Shown here one piece after another: positions 61,022-64,000 of a stretch of DNA of 64,000 nt. The stretch lies in contig CBDFLJ010000002.1 of assembly GCA_965248835.1 (NCBI GenBank), forward strand, positions 1,600,001 through 1,664,000, written 5' to 3'. A program made the position numbers and the translations under genes. Under the pieces are notes generated by a model. That model was not told where the DNA came from. It ran no database searches and was given only the letters and a program-made list of their open reading frames with translations. Every line of letters starts with the position of its first letter. Positions within the stretch are counted from its first letter, which is position 1. The stretch is from Alphaproteobacteria bacterium (GTDB lineage: Bacteria; Pseudomonadota; Alphaproteobacteria; MPNO01).

Positions 61022-62538
61022 CGCGCTGCCGCCTGGTTCCGCTCCCAGTCCGCACGCAACGCGTTGCGGTCGAGCTTGCCGCGGTCATTGCGCGGCAAGG
61101 CCTCGCGGAAGATCACCGCCTTGGGGACCTTGGCGGGCGGCAGTCTTTCGCCGCAATGGGCGATGATCGCCGCTTCGCTTGGATCACGGCCGGGCGCGGC
61201 GGCGACGTAGCTCACCACCTCCTCGCCCCAGATCGGATCCGGCACGCCGATGGTGCAGGCCTCGGCGATTGCGGAAAATTCGGCCAGCACGGAATCGATC
61301 TCGAGCGGGGCGATATTGATCCCGCCCCGGATGATCAGGTCGCTGGCCCGTCCGGTGACGAACAGGTAGCCGTCTGCATCGAGATAGCCGAGATCCCCGG
61401 ACAGGCTGGGACCGGGCGGCAGCGCCTCGATGGTGCCGTCCGGCCTCAAGTAGCCGAGCATGCGCTGGCGGGCGCTGGTCACACGGATCCGGCCGGGCTC
61501 GCCAGGCGGCAGAGGCGCACCGGCCTCGTCGACGATCTCGACGCGCTGGTGCCTGGTCGCCCGCCCGGCTGAGCCGATGCGCCGGTCGGCGCCGTTGGAG
61601 CCGGCGATCCAGCCCAGCTCGCTCGAGCCGAAGCTCTGAGCCACGATGATCCCGTAACGCCGCTCGAATGCCGTGGTGTCCGCGCCGTGAAGCGGCGCCG
61701 AGCTCGATCCGATATAGCGCAGCGCCGGCATGTCCGCGGCGCTAAGATCCACCGGCTCGCTCGTCAGCATGCCGAGCCCGGCCGGCACGCACGCCGCAAC
61801 GCTCACCCGGTAATCCCGGATCCATTCGAGATACCGGCTGCGCGAGAACCTGCGGGCAAGGATCGCGGTCGCACCGCGGATCAGCGGACCCAGGAGCGCG
61901 ATCTCCTGGGCGGACACCCAGGCGCAGGAGCGGAAATCCAGCACCCGGTCGTCCACGCCGATATCCATCGCCGTCATTCCGGCATCGGTGTTGTGGAACA
62001 GCGTAGCGTGGGTGTAGGCGACCCCCTTGGGCGCCGCATCGGTCCCGGAGGTGTAGAAGATCACGCCCGGATCGTCGGGCGACCCGAGGGCGGGCACCGC
62101 GCCGTCTTCGCCGGCCGGCCAGTCGCCCAGCACGCGGTTCGGTCCCGGCCATCGCCCGATCGCCGCGGCAATCTCCGCGCTTGGCTCATGGATCACCAGC
62201 CGCGGGGCGACCGTCGCCAGGATCGCGTCCAGATGCCGGGCATTGGACTCGACATTGACGGTGCACACGCAGGCGCCGTAGCGCAGCACGCCCAGATAGG
62301 CGGCCGCATGCTCCAAGCTGTTGCCGCCCAGCAGCATCACCCGCTCGGACGCCCGGATTCTCGCATCGGCCAGCAGACGCGCGATGCCCGCGGTAAGCCG
62401 GGCAAGGCCGCCATAGGTGATCTGCGTGCCCTGGTCGACGCTGTGGAGATAGACCTTGTCGGGGCGCTCGCTTGCGTGACGCTGGATAAAGGCGCCGAAG
62501 CCGGTGAAGGGCGAGTCCGACGCGCGCGCCTCAGGCAT
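61018..62538 (-). CDS. Acyl-/aryl-CoA ligase (ANL family)
   Basis: YTSGTDAAPKG, FGSSE, SGDLGY, GRASDLIIRGG, GVPDPIWGEE, LPRNDRGK. Confidence 0.88.
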   Translation of the reverse strand: MPEARASDSPFTGFGAFIQRHASERPDKVYLHSVDQGTQITYGGLARLTAGIARLLADARIRASERVMLLGGNSLEHAAAYLGVLRYGACVCTVNVESNARHLDAILATVAPRLVIHEPSAEIAAAIGRWPGPNRVLGDWPAGEDGAVPALGSPDDPGVIFYTSGTDAAPKGVAYTHATLFHNTDAGMTAMDIGVDDRVLDFRSCAWVSAQEIALLGPLIRGATAILARRFSRSRYLEWIRDYRVSVAACVPAGLGMLTSEPVDLSAADMPALRYIGSSSAPLHGADTTAFERRYGIIVAQSFGSSELGWIAGSNGADRRIGSAGRATRHQRVEIVDEAGAPLPPGEPGRIRVTSARQRMLGYLRPDGTIEALPPGPSLSGDLGYLDADGYLFVTGRASDLIIRGGINIAPLEIDSVLAEFSAIAEACTIGVPDPIWGEEVVSYVAAAPGRDPSEAAIIAHCGERLPPAKVPKAVIFREALPRNDRGKLDRNALRADWERNQAAAR

Positions 62539-64000
62539 ATCCGGTCTTTGCCAGGAACCGGAAATAGGGGTCCTGGCGAGCCTCCAGCGCCGACCGCTCC
62601 TGGTCGGTGAACCATCTGGAAAAATCCATCGAAGCGGTCGGATAGACAGCGCGGGCGAATTGTTCCTTCTGGTCCAGCGGGACCGTCGCGTCGAGTCCGA
62701 TACCGCCGTCGGAAACCGAGATCTGGCCGGTCTTGAGCTCCGATGCCTGGAATGCCTGGCCGCGGGCGAATTCGTTGAAGACGACGATGTCCCGGCCCGG
62801 GCTCACGCGGGACTCCATCGCCCAGACGACGTCCTCCGGCTGCCAGATATCGATGTCCTCATCGACGACGATGCACATGCGGAGCCCGCGGTGGGTGGTC
62901 ATGATGGCGCCCATGACGTTGCGCTGGAGCCCCTCGTCGGAGCGCCGCTGCTTCCTGACCTGGACCACCACGCCGCCCCAGTTGGTGAGCCCCGTCCAGA
63001 TCGCCACGTCCTGGACGAAGCCCGGCGCCATGCGCTCGCACATCTCGTAAATCGATGCGCAGACATAGGGGCACTGGTACCAGATCGAGCCCAGGATCGG
63101 CACGAAGAAATAGGGCCGATCGGCGCGGCGGGTGATTGCCGTCAGCTCGAAGGCCCGCGGGGTGCGGTAGGCGCGCCCCATGAACCGCGCCCATTCGGGA
63201 TGGAGCGGCGCCTCCCCCTGACGCCCCAGCGCCTCGGCTTCGGCGGTCTCCCACACCCGCTCTCCCTCGATGACGTATCCCTCCAGCACCCATTCCGAGC
63301 GTGCGATCGCGTAGGCATCGACGGTCTTGGCTTTGACGATGTCCACTGGCGAGCCCTGCAGCGCGCCGGCCATGCCGATCTCATCGGTGAAGCCGGGAAA
63401 GACGATCGGATTGAAGGTGCTGTAGCCCATCATCTCGACCGCGGGCGGCGGACAGATATTGACGGTGACCGGGATCTTCTCGCCCGGCCAGCGGCGGCAG
63501 ATGGCATCGCCCTGCCCGCCCGGGACCATGTTGATCGAGGCGTTCGGCCGATCCTCGCGGAATGCCATGCGGTAGAACGAGAACTGCGTGCCGCCGCCCG
63601 GCACCCAGGGCGGGCCGATGAAATGCACGCCGTTGCCGAAGAACCGTCCGCCGTCTTCGGCGGTATGCATCACCAGCGGCAGGATGTCGGTGATCGCGCC
63701 GATCGCGCCGGCCTCGACGACGACCTCCTGGCACGGCGCGTCCTGCGTCCCGACCTCGCGCGGGGCGATCGGGTTACGCAGCGCGCCCAGCAGCTTGTGC
63801 TTGATGTCCTTGAACTCTTCGACCCCGAACAGCCGTGCGCAGCGCTCCTTGGTCGCCCACATGTTGGCGATCAACCGCGCGTCGGGGTAGCCGGTCACCG
63901 CGTCTGCGACCAGCGTCTTGGAGTTGTCGAAGGCCTTGCAGATCGCCGTCATCTCCAGCACCGGATCGACCGGGGCGCGGATGACGTGGACATCCTCGCC
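62531..64000 (-). CDS. UbiD-family (de)carboxylase #3, divergent (HPEW type); 5' end lies beyond the right edge
   Basis: The frame is open to 64000 (..VDPVLEM). APCQEV, DGGRF, YR, DEIGMAGALQG, EWVLEG, HPEWARFMG, VDEDIDI, GLDAT; 8-nt overlap with the CoA ligase gene. Confidence 0.85.
   Translation of the reverse strand, partial: GEDVHVIRAPVDPVLEMTAICKAFDNSKTLVADAVTGYPDARLIANMWATKERCARLFGVEEFKDIKHKLLGALRNPIAPREVGTQDAPCQEVVVEAGAIGAITDILPLVMHTAEDGGRFFGNGVHFIGPPWVPGGGTQFSFYRMAFREDRPNASINMVPGGQGDAICRRWPGEKIPVTVNICPPPAVEMMGYSTFNPIVFPGFTDEIGMAGALQGSPVDIVKAKTVDAYAIARSEWVLEGYVIEGERVWETAEAEALGRQGEAPLHPEWARFMGRAYRTPRAFELTAITRRADRPYFFVPILGSIWYQCPYVCASIYEMCERMAPGFVQDVAIWTGLTNWGGVVVQVRKQRRSDEGLQRNVMGAIMTTHRGLRMCIVVDEDIDIWQPEDVVWAMESRVSPGRDIVVFNEFARGQAFQASELKTGQISVSDGGIGLDATVPLDQKEQFARAVYPTASMDFSRWFTDQERSALEARQDPYFRFLAKTGYA

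Overview
High-GC, gene-dense chromosomal segment, most likely alphaproteobacterial (alpha-type mnmA followed by tRNA-Met; TRAP/TAXI transporters). It holds about 58 CDS plus one tRNA-Met(CAT), and I found no mobile element, prophage or CRISPR array. It is almost entirely a catabolic toolbox for aromatic and N-heterocyclic compounds: three UbiD/prFMN (de)carboxylases, four Rieske oxygenases (VanA-like, alpha/beta type, MsmAB-like, phthalate-dioxygenase/LigX-like), two CoxL/XDH-type Mo large subunits, two hydantoinase/oxoprolinase-family ATP-dependent systems (one with an acetone-carboxylase gamma-like subunit), two cysteine hydrolases, two luciferase-like enzymes, a TauD dioxygenase, an HmgA-like cupin, CoA ligases, crotonases, SDRs, and TRAP, ABC and MFS transporters. 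Notable points: (1) no recognisable transcriptional regulator and none of the usual partner subunits (UbiX, Rieske reductase/ferredoxin, CoxM/S, DctP, ABC binding protein) in 64 kb; (2) a stand-alone nadC between two UbiD genes; (3) a UbiD resembling phthaloyl-CoA decarboxylase overlapping a CoA ligase gene; (4) two operons with an identical bipartite promoter motif flanking an msmAB-like pair; (5) a +1 frameshift in an HSD10-type SDR. All family calls come from motif recognition by eye, not from database searches.
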